A stretch of 57,532 bases of DNA from positions 1 to 57,532 of the forward strand of contig JBDRLL010000012.1 in assembly GCA_043813075.1 (NCBI GenBank), written 5' to 3'. A model generated the notes under the pieces. It had not been told where the DNA came from and made no database searches. It was given only the letters and a program-made list of their open reading frames with translations. Made by a program: the position numbers and the translations under genes. Below, piece by piece: positions 1 through 9,872 of this stretch. The first letter of the stretch is position 1, and the number at the start of each line of letters is the position of its first letter. The stretch comes from Candidatus Altiarchaeota archaeon. Its GTDB lineage: Archaea; Altiarchaeota; Altiarchaeia; IMC4; SCGC-AAA252-I15.

Positions 1-115
1 CTGGGACGAATATCTTCTCTATCACCGTGGCAGAAACGCTGGCCGAGAAGAACACTAATGATGCGGCCACTATCAAGGCCAGTCTCCCGCACCCCTCTTC
101 CTTAATGCAGTACAC
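1..115 (-). CDS. N-terminus of a secreted protein (runs off the window edge)
   Basis: Read by hand: GTG at 115 preceded by an AGGTG RBS; translates as MYCIKEEGCGRLALIVAASLVFFSASVSATVIEKIFVP, with a signal-peptide-like hydrophobic core; co-oriented with the upstream gene. Confidence 0.55.
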   Translation of the reverse strand, partial: MYCIKEEGCGRLALIVAASLVFFSASVSATVIEKIFVP

Positions 116-131
116 TTGCGACACCTATAAT

Positions 132-920
132 CTAGCAAATAACCTTGTATGGCTCGAACACTATTATCTCCGCCTTCACAGGCTTCTCGCAGAATTCAGT
201 GCACGACAACGGGAATTCACCGGATTCTTCCGCCTTGAACGTTAGTATGTACTTCTCCCCCGGCCTGAGCAGTATGCTAACGTCGTTTATCGGATCCCTT
301 ATCTTGTATAGTCCTTTTTCAGTCTCCAGTATGACTATCGCGGTGTCTCCTATAAACGCTTCAATCCTGTTCGGTTCGAACTCCTCCTCCTTCAAAACCA
401 GCCAGTAGTGCCTTTCCCTCGGCTGGTATTCATAGAACGGGATGGTCACGCACGTGGTTGTAGTGCTGGTGGTAGTCGATGTAGTAGATGTGGTGGTCGT
501 CGTCGTGATGGTCGTAGTCGTGCTAGTAGTCGTGCTGGTCGGGCAGTTCCATCTCTCACAATAGCATCCGGGCCCAGGTGAAAGAATGTATGAGCTTAAA
601 TCAACTCCAGCATTGGTCATAGTCGTCTCGCCTCCTGAATCCGCGGCAATGCGCATAATGGTGGAAGTCACATGAAGGGTTGTGTCACGCACGGTTGTTA
701 TGCACTGACTTATGTCTCCGACTCTTTTCCCGTCAGCGCAGACGAATACTTCACGTATCTCCTCCCGCAAATCATCTATGCTGGACTCCATGTTACCCAG
801 CTCATATCCCATGAATCCTGTTGAGGCTAATAGCAGCATTATGACTGGAGCGACTTTTTTCACTGTCAACCCGCCCACAAGGGCTAGTTTCGAGGACTTA
901 GATGATTTTACCAGACTCAT
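132..920 (-). CDS. Membrane-anchored protein with Thr-rich linker and C-terminal cupredoxin-like domain
   Basis: N-terminal TM, poly-Thr linker, C-terminal 'FEPNRIEAFIGDT...TFKAEESGEFPLSCTEFC' typical of cupredoxin folds. Confidence 0.65.
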   Translation of the reverse strand: MSLVKSSKSSKLALVGGLTVKKVAPVIMLLLASTGFMGYELGNMESSIDDLREEIREVFVCADGKRVGDISQCITTVRDTTLHVTSTIMRIAADSGGETTMTNAGVDLSSYILSPGPGCYCERWNCPTSTTTSTTTTITTTTTTSTTSTTTSTTTTCVTIPFYEYQPRERHYWLVLKEEEFEPNRIEAFIGDTAIVILETEKGLYKIRDPINDVSILLRPGEKYILTFKAEESGEFPLSCTEFCEKPVKAEIIVFEPYKVIC

Positions 921-959
921 TACGTAAATCTCTTAGTCGCGAGGATATAAATTCTTGAA

Positions 960-2693
960 TTACCTGCTCATGGCATTAATCCTGTCCTGTATCTCGCTTG
1001 CTTCCCTTGCGTGCCTCCGCTCTTCATCAGTCAGCCTGGCCCTAGCGTCAGCCCCCGCCCTCGATTTGGACCCGTACTCCGCATTGATACCAGTCCTCTC
1101 GCCCGCATTAAGGCGGACTGAAGGCCTACTGCCTGACGAAGCCTCGCTTATCATCCCGAGTTCGGTCACGCTCAGGTTTCTGATGGTTGTGGTCCCGCCC
1201 CTTACCTGGTCCATAAGGAATCTTGGGTATGTTCCTGGACCATGCTGGCTCTCATACCTGACCTGCTCTATGAGGGGTAGTGTGTCACCGACATCCAGGC
1301 CCACACGCCTGCGGTGCGCGTCAAGCGCCGCCAACTCGGCATCCGCCTTGTCTATCCTAAGATTAACGAGTCTTACCTGTCCAGGACCCTCCCTCTCAAG
1401 CTGCCTCTTCAGGTCGTCGGTCCTCCTGGTCAATTCAAGGTCCCTGCGGACGGTCTCCTCCTCCAGGGCAAGCCCCTCCCTCCTGGTCTTCGGGTTTGCC
1501 TTCAATTCAGCGATAGCCTCTCTCCTCAGCTTGTCCGCTTCTTCACCAGCCCTTAATATGGACGTCACTAGCCTTGCCTGCTCGTGGTTTTCAGGCCTCA
1601 AGTCCACGCCATATCTCACTGACTCTAGCCTGGCTTTTATCTCATCCGGGGTTATCCCCCGCTCTTCGATGCGCTTTCTTTCCAGTAGCAGTATGTCCCT
1701 CTCAACAAGCTTCTTCATCTGCGCCATGTCAGTGTCCTCAAGTTCGTGTGTGGCGTCCTGGAACCTCTTTTGGACTTCACCAGCCCTTCCCGTTAGTCTA
1801 GCATCCACTGTTCTTCCTGATAGCGCGCGGTTCAGGTCTTCCAGCTCCTTCCTCAGGACTCTTGCCGCCTGTGACCTGCTTAGGCGTGCGCCATTGTGCT
1901 CGAATTCTGATGGAATCCTCTGCCAACGGTATACTGGGACGTACCTCACCTCCGGTTCTGGCACAAAGTATCTTAAACCGCCGTATCCTGTGACGCCCCA
2001 TCTCGTCCCGAATACAGCCCTATCCCCCACATGATGTTGCACTACAGCGTCTCTTGACGTTACCACCCTGTTCCAGAAGACTTGCCTGTCTTTCCTCTCC
2101 CGCTCCAACTCTCTTATGTCCCCCTCTATCCTCGCCATCTGTTCCCTGTGCTCCCTGTCCAGTCTCGCGGCTTCATTGTCCTGCCTCCTATTCATGTCTC
2201 CTTCCTCTCTTCCAAGCCTGTTCAGGGATTCTCGCATGGCTCCTATGTCCTCCTCTGTTGTGGGTCCTGTCCTTCCAACCGAGTCGATCTGCTCTATCAT
2301 GCGGCTTATCCTCTTGTGGGTTCTTAGTTCGTCCACGAGCTTGCTTATCTCAGCTTCTTTCTGCCGCATCTTGCCCGTGGATGTTGATGAGAAAGTAGAA
2401 TCATTCTCGTCTCGAGGTGATGTTACAGTGGCTGGGTCTCCACCAGGTCCTGGGGGAGTCTTCTTTCCTTCCAGGTCTTTCAGGTATTTTATCGCGTCTT
2501 CCAGCCGGTCTGATTTTCCAGGCGGTGTCTCCTCCCTGCAGCCTGTTAGTGCTGCTGCGGCGCCTCCGCCGAATAGCATACCCAGCATTCGTCTTCTTGA
2601 GATTTCTGGCCCACCAGATTTCTCGTCAGCAGCTAGTGTGTCTGGCAAATCCTGTTTCTCTCTCCTCCTTACTTCTTTCGGACTTGCGCTCAT
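960..2693 (-). CDS. Hypothetical coiled-coil protein with twin-arginine/lipobox-like signal
   Basis: 577-aa ORF; SRRRMLGMLFGGGAAAALTGC motif; E/R-rich helical body. Confidence 0.7.
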   Translation of the reverse strand: MSASPKEVRRREKQDLPDTLAADEKSGGPEISRRRMLGMLFGGGAAAALTGCREETPPGKSDRLEDAIKYLKDLEGKKTPPGPGGDPATVTSPRDENDSTFSSTSTGKMRQKEAEISKLVDELRTHKRISRMIEQIDSVGRTGPTTEEDIGAMRESLNRLGREEGDMNRRQDNEAARLDREHREQMARIEGDIRELERERKDRQVFWNRVVTSRDAVVQHHVGDRAVFGTRWGVTGYGGLRYFVPEPEVRYVPVYRWQRIPSEFEHNGARLSRSQAARVLRKELEDLNRALSGRTVDARLTGRAGEVQKRFQDATHELEDTDMAQMKKLVERDILLLERKRIEERGITPDEIKARLESVRYGVDLRPENHEQARLVTSILRAGEEADKLRREAIAELKANPKTRREGLALEEETVRRDLELTRRTDDLKRQLEREGPGQVRLVNLRIDKADAELAALDAHRRRVGLDVGDTLPLIEQVRYESQHGPGTYPRFLMDQVRGGTTTIRNLSVTELGMISEASSGSRPSVRLNAGERTGINAEYGSKSRAGADARARLTDEERRHAREASEIQDRINAMSR

Positions 2694-2916
2694 GGTAGAT
2701 AATTTAGGGGCGTTTAAAGTAAAAAACCCAAATATTCTATATAGTATAAAAAATATGTGTGTCTTATCTGTTTATTCCGGTAGGTTCATGTTCCTATACT
2801 CTGGATGCGTCTTCAGAGCCCTCCAGAGAACGTCGAAATGCCTCCTTGATAGTATGACAAAGTCTTCCTCCATCAGCCATCACCCCATTAAATAATGTGG
2901 ATGGATGCATTAAAAA

Positions 2917-3282
2917 CTATGTGACAACCAGGTCAAGTGGATTGCCGTAACTGTCATAGCATGCCACGTCCTCTATGGTGTTAGCGGGCTGCCTGACTAT
3001 CAAGTGTATCCTCCCAGTTTTGCTGAAATACCTCAAGTCCGCCCTGGACGGATTGTTGTTGGCTCCAGGATGGGAGTGAACGCTGCCTATGATGCTCTTG
3101 TCCAAAGGCACCATACTCCACCTTACCTGTGAAAATCCTTCGCCATAAAGTGATGCCGGGATAACCAGGACCTCCGTAATCAAATCCCCCTCACCCCGCA
3201 ATAGTGCGATGAACTCCCTGGGGTAAAGCTCCCTACTAGCCCCCAAAACAAGCTCTAAAGCCGCCTCGCGAATACCTGGCAT
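2917..3282 (-). CDS. JAMM/MPN+ (Mov34) family metalloprotease
   Basis: E near the N-terminus (PREF) plus HSHP-x6-SRAD JAMM motif; ATG at 3282 chosen as start. Confidence 0.9.
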   Translation of the reverse strand: MPGIREAALELVLGASRELYPREFIALLRGEGDLITEVLVIPASLYGEGFSQVRWSMVPLDKSIIGSVHSHPGANNNPSRADLRYFSKTGRIHLIVRQPANTIEDVACYDSYGNPLDLVVT

Positions 3283-3338
3283 TGTATTTAAAACCACAAC
3301 GTGATTATATAAAAAGTCTTACAAACGTGAGGTGTATA

Positions 3339-3938
3339 ATGAAAGCTATTGATAACATAAAAGCAGGATTCAAAATATTTACTGACAACCTAGTGGCATT
3401 TGCTGTTGCGACGATAATAGTCGGATTTGGCTCAATGTTCATAATACCCATGCCACCCCTATTCGTTGGGCTGTTCATAATGGCCCGCAAGGCGGTGAAG
3501 GGTGAGAAGCCGGAGATAGGGGATGTGTTCAAGGGATTCTCAATGTTCATAAAGTCGTGGATGTACTTCGTGCTTGTCATGTTCGCATCCATGATAGGGA
3601 TGATAGTGTACACAGTCTTCATGGTCATATCCATGGCAGTGAAATCAGGAATACTCACGGTGATAAGCTTTATCATACTGGGTATAGCGGTAATATGGAG
3701 CATCATAATAGCGCTGACGCAGTTGTACGGGTTTTCACTTCTCGTCGACGGTGATAGGAGCGCATTAAAAGCATTCAAGGACAGTATCGGGGTATTCAGG
3801 AAGAACATCGTCGACAGCATAGTGCTGATCATAGTCCTGGACATAATCTGTATAGTGCTCTACATGACTGTCATCGGAATGCTGGCGGCAATACCGCTAG
3901 TCGCTATAGTCTTGACCAAGACGGCGCTAGAAGCGTGA
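3339..3938 (+). CDS. Multi-pass membrane protein of unknown function
   Basis: GAGGTG RBS before the ATG at 3339; several hydrophobic helices; 'GEKPEIGDVFKGF' loop. Confidence 0.8.
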   Translation: MKAIDNIKAGFKIFTDNLVAFAVATIIVGFGSMFIIPMPPLFVGLFIMARKAVKGEKPEIGDVFKGFSMFIKSWMYFVLVMFASMIGMIVYTVFMVISMAVKSGILTVISFIILGIAVIWSIIIALTQLYGFSLLVDGDRSALKAFKDSIGVFRKNIVDSIVLIIVLDIICIVLYMTVIGMLAAIPLVAIVLTKTALEA

Positions 3939-3966
3939 AAAAGGGGCTTAAAACCCCCACTTCTTT

Positions 3967-4641
3967 TTATTTTATTATCTCCAGAATGCCGCTTAACTCT
4001 GTTATCATGTAGTCTGGCTCCTCCTGAGTGTCCCTCGGAACCGACTGATGCCCTTTAACCAACTGGACGGTGGTGAAGCCAGCCCTGTTGCCTGCCAGTA
4101 TGTCCCTATCAAGCCGGTCTCCCACAATCATGCATTCTGAAGGATCAACGCCAACCTTTTCCGCCGCCTCAATCAGTGACGTCGGATCAGGCTTCACCCT
4201 ACCACCCTCCGAATTCACGACAACCACGTCAAAGAAATCGCCCAGTCCAAGCATGATAAGCTTCTCCCACTGCTTTACGGGAACCCCATCAGTAACCACC
4301 CCCGTCTTCAATCCCAACTCCTTCAGCCTCAGCAGGGTGCGTATGGTATCCGGGTATGGCACGAGATAAGCCTTCTTAGTCTCATGATAAGCTACGATTC
4401 CCGCAGCGATAATCTTCTCTTCCGTAGCCATGCCATAAGACTTGAGGAGCTCGTCGTAATGGTTCTTGAAGTTAGACCCATGCCTGGATACGACCTCGTT
4501 AAGCCTCTTGAACGCATCAGCGAACTCCACGTCAAGGCCTGAACCGATCATAGCTTTAACGGCATTCCTTCTGGCTGAATCCACCTGGAGTTTCGTGTCA
4601 TACAGCGTGTTGTCCAAGTCAAAGAAAACAGCATTGACCAT
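3967..4641 (-). CDS. HAD-superfamily hydrolase (TIGR02253-like, archaeal)
   Basis: FFDLDNTL motif I, VTDG, KP, and VGDRLDRD motif IV. Confidence 0.92.
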   Translation of the reverse strand: MVNAVFFDLDNTLYDTKLQVDSARRNAVKAMIGSGLDVEFADAFKRLNEVVSRHGSNFKNHYDELLKSYGMATEEKIIAAGIVAYHETKKAYLVPYPDTIRTLLRLKELGLKTGVVTDGVPVKQWEKLIMLGLGDFFDVVVVNSEGGRVKPDPTSLIEAAEKVGVDPSECMIVGDRLDRDILAGNRAGFTTVQLVKGHQSVPRDTQEEPDYMITELSGILEIIK

Positions 4642-4677
4642 ATTATTAATTAGCATGTATGCAATATTAGTGATGCA

Positions 4678-6024
4678 ATGGCTGTCCTATACGAGAGCAC
4701 CAACAGGAGCGCGCCTAAAGTCTCTTTCAGGGAGGCTTTGATACGCGGTCAGGCTCCTGACATGGGCTTGTACACTCCCGTGAAAACCCCAGTTCTTGGG
4801 CGCGGCGAGCTGGAGTCTTTCAGACGCATGGAATACCATGAGATAGCCCACCGTATGGCCATGAAGTTCCTTGACGGCGAGCTGCCGTCCAGTGAAGTCG
4901 CCCGCATAACCAGGGAGGCATACGACTTTGAGGTTCCCCTAGAGGAAGTCTGCGACCGGCTTTACGTGATGCGCCTTGACAGGGGCCCTACAGCATCGTT
5001 CAAGGATTTTGCGGCCCGTATGATGGCACGCCTAATGCAGTACTTCCTGCGCCAGGAGGATAGGGAGGCGTTGATACTCACCGCAACTTCCGGGGATACT
5101 GGTAGTGCTGTGGCAAACGCCTTCCATGGCCTGGATAATGTGCGTGTCCTAGTATTGTTCCCTGAAAATGAGGTCACTGGGAGGCAGAGGAGGCAGATGA
5201 CGTCTCTAGGCGGTAACGTTTCGACAATTGCGTTGGACGGTAAGTTCGACGACTGTCAGGCCCTGGTTAAGAGGGCTTTCTCTGACAGGGATTTGGATGG
5301 CTTGAATCTCTCTTCAGCCAACAGCATAAACTTCGGCAGGCTCCTACCGCAGTCCATGTATTACGCATACTCGTATTCACGCCTCTACCATGACTTTGGG
5401 GAGGAGATAATATTCAGCGTGCCTTCAGGAAACTTCGGAGACCTTATGGGCGGCATACTGGCCGGGGAGATGGGCGTCCCAGTAGGCCGATTTATTGTGG
5501 CAACCAACGAGAACAATGAGTTCCCACGGTTCATGGATTCCGGAGCATACGAGCCTATAAGGCCTTCTAAGGCGTGCATAAGCAATGCGATGAATGTTGG
5601 ACATCCGAGCAATCTCGCGCGCCTGTTCCACTTTTACGGCGGCTGGATTGACGAGAAGGGTGTTGTCCGCGAGATGCCGGATTTGAATAGGATGAGGCGG
5701 GACCTATGGTCTGTAAGCGTGTCTGACTCTGATACGAGAGCTGCCATCAAGAATGCCTACAGCGATTATGGTCTCCTTCTCGAGCCCCATGGCGCTGTCG
5801 CATGGAGTGCCCTGCAGACTTATGTGGTCGAATCCGGGGGCGTTTTCGCTGTTTCGTTGGAGACTGCGGATCCCGCTAAGTTTCCAGATGAGATTACCTC
5901 TTTGCTCGGCATAGAACCTGCGCTGCCTGACAGTATGAAGGGTCTTGATGATATTGAGGAGGATGTGGTCAGGATGCCTCTTGATTATTCCGCTCTAAAG
6001 GATTACCTCTCTTCAATGGACTAG
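4678..6024 (+). CDS. thrC: Threonine synthase
   Basis: GPTASFKDF (PLP lysine), ATSGDTG, SANSINFGR, VPSGNFG, EPHGAV, TADPAKF motifs. Confidence 0.95.
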   Translation: MAVLYESTNRSAPKVSFREALIRGQAPDMGLYTPVKTPVLGRGELESFRRMEYHEIAHRMAMKFLDGELPSSEVARITREAYDFEVPLEEVCDRLYVMRLDRGPTASFKDFAARMMARLMQYFLRQEDREALILTATSGDTGSAVANAFHGLDNVRVLVLFPENEVTGRQRRQMTSLGGNVSTIALDGKFDDCQALVKRAFSDRDLDGLNLSSANSINFGRLLPQSMYYAYSYSRLYHDFGEEIIFSVPSGNFGDLMGGILAGEMGVPVGRFIVATNENNEFPRFMDSGAYEPIRPSKACISNAMNVGHPSNLARLFHFYGGWIDEKGVVREMPDLNRMRRDLWSVSVSDSDTRAAIKNAYSDYGLLLEPHGAVAWSALQTYVVESGGVFAVSLETADPAKFPDEITSLLGIEPALPDSMKGLDDIEEDVVRMPLDYSALKDYLSSMD

Positions 6025-6074
6025 TTTTTTTATTCAATCGGGTAATATATCTGTTTAATCATTTCCCCCATAAA

Positions 6075-7457
6075 ATGAATGGCAAGAAGAAGGAGAACGG
6101 CAGGGTCAGGATAATAGTATTCTCCCTGCTGATTCTATCAGTAATCGCGATATACTACACAAGTCAGGGGGAGGATTATGTCTGCAAGGACTGTAATGTC
6201 CTACTAATAACCGTCGACTCATTGCGTCCGGACCACCTCGGATACATGGGGTATGCGAGGAACACCAGCCCCGCGTTGGACAGGATTGTCTCTGAAGGCG
6301 TCGTGTTCACCAGGGCTTTCTCCCAGTCCAGCTTCACGCCACCATCACTGGGGTCCATATTGACATCGAAATATGTCTCAGATCATGGCTTGAAGAACTG
6401 GGATAAGATGGACTTTAACCAGACGACGATTGCTGAGATACTTGAGGAGAACGGGTATGAGACGGTGGCTTTAACGCGTGTGCCTAAGCTGGATGAACAC
6501 AACCTTGACCAGGGATTCCAGTACACTCTCCGCGGCAACTACTGGAGGGCGGAAGACTTCAATAAGGCGGTTTTGGAGTGGTTTGACGGCAATTATACTG
6601 GCGGCAAGTATTTCGTCTGGATGCACTACTATGACCCCCACCGGAGGTATGAGCCTCTGCCACCGTTCGATAAGATATTCAACAGGAGGTATGACCCTGA
6701 AAAGGACTTGCAGAGGCAGGACAAGTCTTTTTTCGTCAACTTCTGGAGTGGTAATGTCAGCATCTCACGCAAGATGGAGAGGGATCTGATAACACAGTAT
6801 GACGGCGAGATCGCCTATACAGACCATAATATCGGGCTGCTTCTAGGCAACCTTAGCGAGATGGGTCTACTGGAGAATACCATAGTCGTTATTTCCGCAG
6901 ACCACGGCGAGTCACTGAACGAGCACAGGCAGGAGAGGCGGTTCATGTTCTCCCATGACCCTATGTTGTATGACCAGGTCGTCCATGTGCCCCTCATATT
7001 CTGGGGTAATGGCATACCGAAGGGCGTTAAAGTAGAAAATCTCGTAGAATCCATCGACATCGCACCCACAATGCTATCAATATTGGGTATAGGGCACAAT
7101 GATACTGGCATGTTCGGATGGGATTTAACAAAAATGTTCTCTGGAGATGAAGTGGAGTCAAAAAAGCAGGTTTACAGCGAGTGCTGGGGGTGGGAGGAGA
7201 AGAAGATGGTTCGGACCGAAGATTACAAGTACATCAGGGACTTCCGGCGCAAGAAAGGCAGTCTTGAAGAATTATACGGTCTGGAGGATGATCCGGAAGA
7301 GAAGGAGAACATCCTAGGCGGTGATGATCGCATCAAGGCTGACATGATACTCAAGATGGACAAGTTCATAAACCGGCACAAGCACACTCCCGCAAAGGAG
7401 ATGAACCTCAGTGATGATCTGGAGGAGCGTCTGAAGGAACTGGGTTACATATACTAG
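6075..7457 (+). CDS. Membrane-anchored sulfatase-like hydrolase/transferase
   Basis: N-terminal TM; NVLLITVDSLRPD, HYYDPH, YDGEIAYTD, SADHGE, C-terminal 'RLKELGY'. Confidence 0.9.
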   Translation: MNGKKKENGRVRIIVFSLLILSVIAIYYTSQGEDYVCKDCNVLLITVDSLRPDHLGYMGYARNTSPALDRIVSEGVVFTRAFSQSSFTPPSLGSILTSKYVSDHGLKNWDKMDFNQTTIAEILEENGYETVALTRVPKLDEHNLDQGFQYTLRGNYWRAEDFNKAVLEWFDGNYTGGKYFVWMHYYDPHRRYEPLPPFDKIFNRRYDPEKDLQRQDKSFFVNFWSGNVSISRKMERDLITQYDGEIAYTDHNIGLLLGNLSEMGLLENTIVVISADHGESLNEHRQERRFMFSHDPMLYDQVVHVPLIFWGNGIPKGVKVENLVESIDIAPTMLSILGIGHNDTGMFGWDLTKMFSGDEVESKKQVYSECWGWEEKKMVRTEDYKYIRDFRRKKGSLEELYGLEDDPEEKENILGGDDRIKADMILKMDKFINRHKHTPAKEMNLSDDLEERLKELGYIY

Positions 7458-9061
7458 TCCTTGTTATTACTATCCTGCTCTAGCTTGTCTATCCTACCAC
7501 CCATCTCCTTTATCTTTAATTCAAGATGTATTATCTTCATCTGGTTGTCCCTTACTATCTCCCTGAAACTCTCCTCATCAAGCTCTCGCCGATGGTATTT
7601 CTTCCTGGCTATCGCAGTCATCTCACGTATCTCATCCCTCTTGCGTATCAACTCATCGATGGATACGTCTATCTCCCCCACGATGTCTCGCCCTGCATTA
7701 GGCTTCCTGTAGCGGAATGCGAGGAACAGGACAGCAAGTATCGCTATGACAAGCAGACCTATGACGACCATGAACTCCTCAGGGCCAAGCCCATCCTCCG
7801 TCATACCGCAGTCGTCATGGCAGGAGCCCTTCTCAAATTCCTCGCACAACCCGTCGCCGCAGAACCTTTCTTCAGATTTTTTCTGATTGTCCTCGTATGG
7901 CCTGACGAATATCGTCTTGGATGCCTGATTGTTCTCCTCGTCCGCCTCGTCCACTAGATTGTCCTGGTGCCCGAAGTTGGGGTTCTTGTCCGCCTCCACA
8001 AGGAATCTGAAGGAGCTTACCCTATTCAGGCCTAGCTTTCCTGTGAAAGTGTGTTTTATCGAGTCGCCTGGCCCAATATGGTCTTCTATCTTGAAGCTGT
8101 CCTCATCCAGCATCATGTTGCCGTCATAAGTTTTTATGAGTATCCAGAAGGCGCCTCCGGTTGGTGCTTCCCCCACATTCTCCGCGGTTACTGTGACATT
8201 CACCTTGTCGTCTGCTGCTGGGTCTTCAGGAGCAAGGTCTATTGAGGATATTATCAGGTCTGGTTTTTCCGCAATCCTCTCTTTGTCACATGATGCTTTC
8301 CGGTAGTTGCATCGTCTGCCACAGCAGACGCCGGTCAGGTCGAACATGCGATTCAATTCCTCCGGCAGCTTGCAGGCCTGGCCCTCATCCACTCCTAAGC
8401 AGGACATGAACTCCAATGCCTTCATCTGCTCTTGAAGGTCGACTTTGCCTTCATTTCCCTGTCCAGGCATTATGGGTTCTTGCATGCCTCCACAGTCGTC
8501 GTGGCAGTTTCCAAGTCTCTCGTTTTCACTGCAGTATCCGTCTCCGCAGATGTCTCTACTGCCGCTCATGCCGCAGTCTTCCATGCAGCTTCCTGACGCC
8601 CTTTCATGGTCTGTGCAGTATCCGTCACCGCAGAAGTCCCTGCAACTAATTATGCCAAACCTGCAGAGCTTGTCGCAGCAGATGCCCCATATGTGTTGTC
8701 CTAAAGCCTTGCTTACGCTCTCAGGTATCATGCAGTCGCCGCCTTGCGAGACCTCCCTGCATGTGGAAGACTGTAAGATGCCGTAGAGTTCCTTATCATC
8801 CACCATCGACTCTTTGCTGCACGACGAGACCCTGAACATGCATCTTCCGCCACAGCATACACCGGAAATATCCTCGCTCATCGGGTAGAATATGTTGCAG
8901 TTCCCGCCCTCATCGACTCCAGTGCAGAATGACTCAGTCAGTCTAGATACGATTTTCATAGGCACTATCGGAGGTTCTACGGTTACGCTACGACTTATTT
9001 CCTGAGCGCTAGCACACATGGAGGATAAGACTATCAATGCTAGAATCAAAGCCGGCCTCAT
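7454..9061 (-). CDS. Cys-rich surface protein with CARDB-like Ig domain and C-terminal TM
   Basis: Signal peptide; repeated GVCCG and CGDGxC motifs; 'KPDLIISSI...VDEADEENN' CARDB signature; TM helix and cytoplasmic coil. Confidence 0.8.
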   Translation of the reverse strand: MRPALILALIVLSSMCASAQEISRSVTVEPPIVPMKIVSRLTESFCTGVDEGGNCNIFYPMSEDISGVCCGGRCMFRVSSCSKESMVDDKELYGILQSSTCREVSQGGDCMIPESVSKALGQHIWGICCDKLCRFGIISCRDFCGDGYCTDHERASGSCMEDCGMSGSRDICGDGYCSENERLGNCHDDCGGMQEPIMPGQGNEGKVDLQEQMKALEFMSCLGVDEGQACKLPEELNRMFDLTGVCCGRRCNYRKASCDKERIAEKPDLIISSIDLAPEDPAADDKVNVTVTAENVGEAPTGGAFWILIKTYDGNMMLDEDSFKIEDHIGPGDSIKHTFTGKLGLNRVSSFRFLVEADKNPNFGHQDNLVDEADEENNQASKTIFVRPYEDNQKKSEERFCGDGLCEEFEKGSCHDDCGMTEDGLGPEEFMVVIGLLVIAILAVLFLAFRYRKPNAGRDIVGEIDVSIDELIRKRDEIREMTAIARKKYHRRELDEESFREIVRDNQMKIIHLELKIKEMGGRIDKLEQDSNNKD

Positions 9062-9062
9062 T

Positions 9063-9794
9063 TTACTCGTTCAACACCTCTATGCCAACGCCCTTGTTGA
9101 ATTTGATGGTGTGTATGTTCTCGCTGTGTCCGGTGCGCCTCATCTTGTTTATCACCAGCGTCCGGCCCGCATCCGGGCCTGCTGTCGCGTACCTGAGCGT
9201 TATCACGCCGTCCACAACGTATTTCTCCGCAGCCTCCATGACTTCGTTCCCTATCTCGTCGGATATTATCAGTGTGGTGAGGCCTGCCTGTTTCAGCCGG
9301 TAGTTTAGGCTGAGTATCAGCCGCCTCAGCTTACGGTCATCCTCGAACTCCATTATCATAGAGCTTAGGCTGTCTATCCCAACCCTCCTGGCACCTATCT
9401 TCTCGGCCGCCGCCTCGATGAGTTCAGCTATCTTGTCTATCGTCTCATAGTCCTGCTTGACGGTAAAGGAGTCGGAGCAGAGGGTCATGAAGTCAACGTT
9501 CTTCCTCTTCTTCAAGTCAACGTTGATTATCACAAGCTTCCCCTCATCCTCCATCTTCTTCAACTCGAAGTTGTATGAACGCATGTCCTCCTTGTACTCG
9601 TCTGCGTCCTGCTCGAGCATCACCATCACACCCGGCTCATTATTCTTCGTTATGCCGTGGTATATGAATTGCGTTACAAAAGTAGTCTTACCCGTCCCGC
9701 AGGAACCGTTTACGAGGATGGTCCTTCTGCGGGGTATGCCGCCTTCAATGAGCTCGTCAAATCCTTTTATGCCTGTCGGGCACCTGTCGTCCAT
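9063..9794 (-). CDS. KaiC-like / RAD55-family ATPase (single domain)
   Basis: TGIKGFDELIEGG, Walker A GSCGTGKT, Walker B VGIDSL, KMR motif. Confidence 0.92.
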   Translation of the reverse strand: MDDRCPTGIKGFDELIEGGIPRRRTILVNGSCGTGKTTFVTQFIYHGITKNNEPGVMVMLEQDADEYKEDMRSYNFELKKMEDEGKLVIINVDLKKRKNVDFMTLCSDSFTVKQDYETIDKIAELIEAAAEKIGARRVGIDSLSSMIMEFEDDRKLRRLILSLNYRLKQAGLTTLIISDEIGNEVMEAAEKYVVDGVITLRYATAGPDAGRTLVINKMRRTGHSENIHTIKFNKGVGIEVLNE

Positions 9795-9872
9795 ATGATA
9801 ACTCCTCTGAGGATATTAGATACTACTGTTTAATGATTAACGGGCAATAAAAAATACTAGAGGCGACTAGAA

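Noticed and set aside
955-2895. Long plus-strand ORFs (359 aa and 259 aa)
   Set aside because: Ser/Leu-rich antisense shadows of the 577-aa gene. The same applies to most short opposite-strand ORFs in the track.
9063-9794. Circadian clock kaiC (also 34599-35303)
   Set aside because: Both are single-domain proteins with no kaiA or kaiB nearby; these are common archaeal KaiC-like ATPases.
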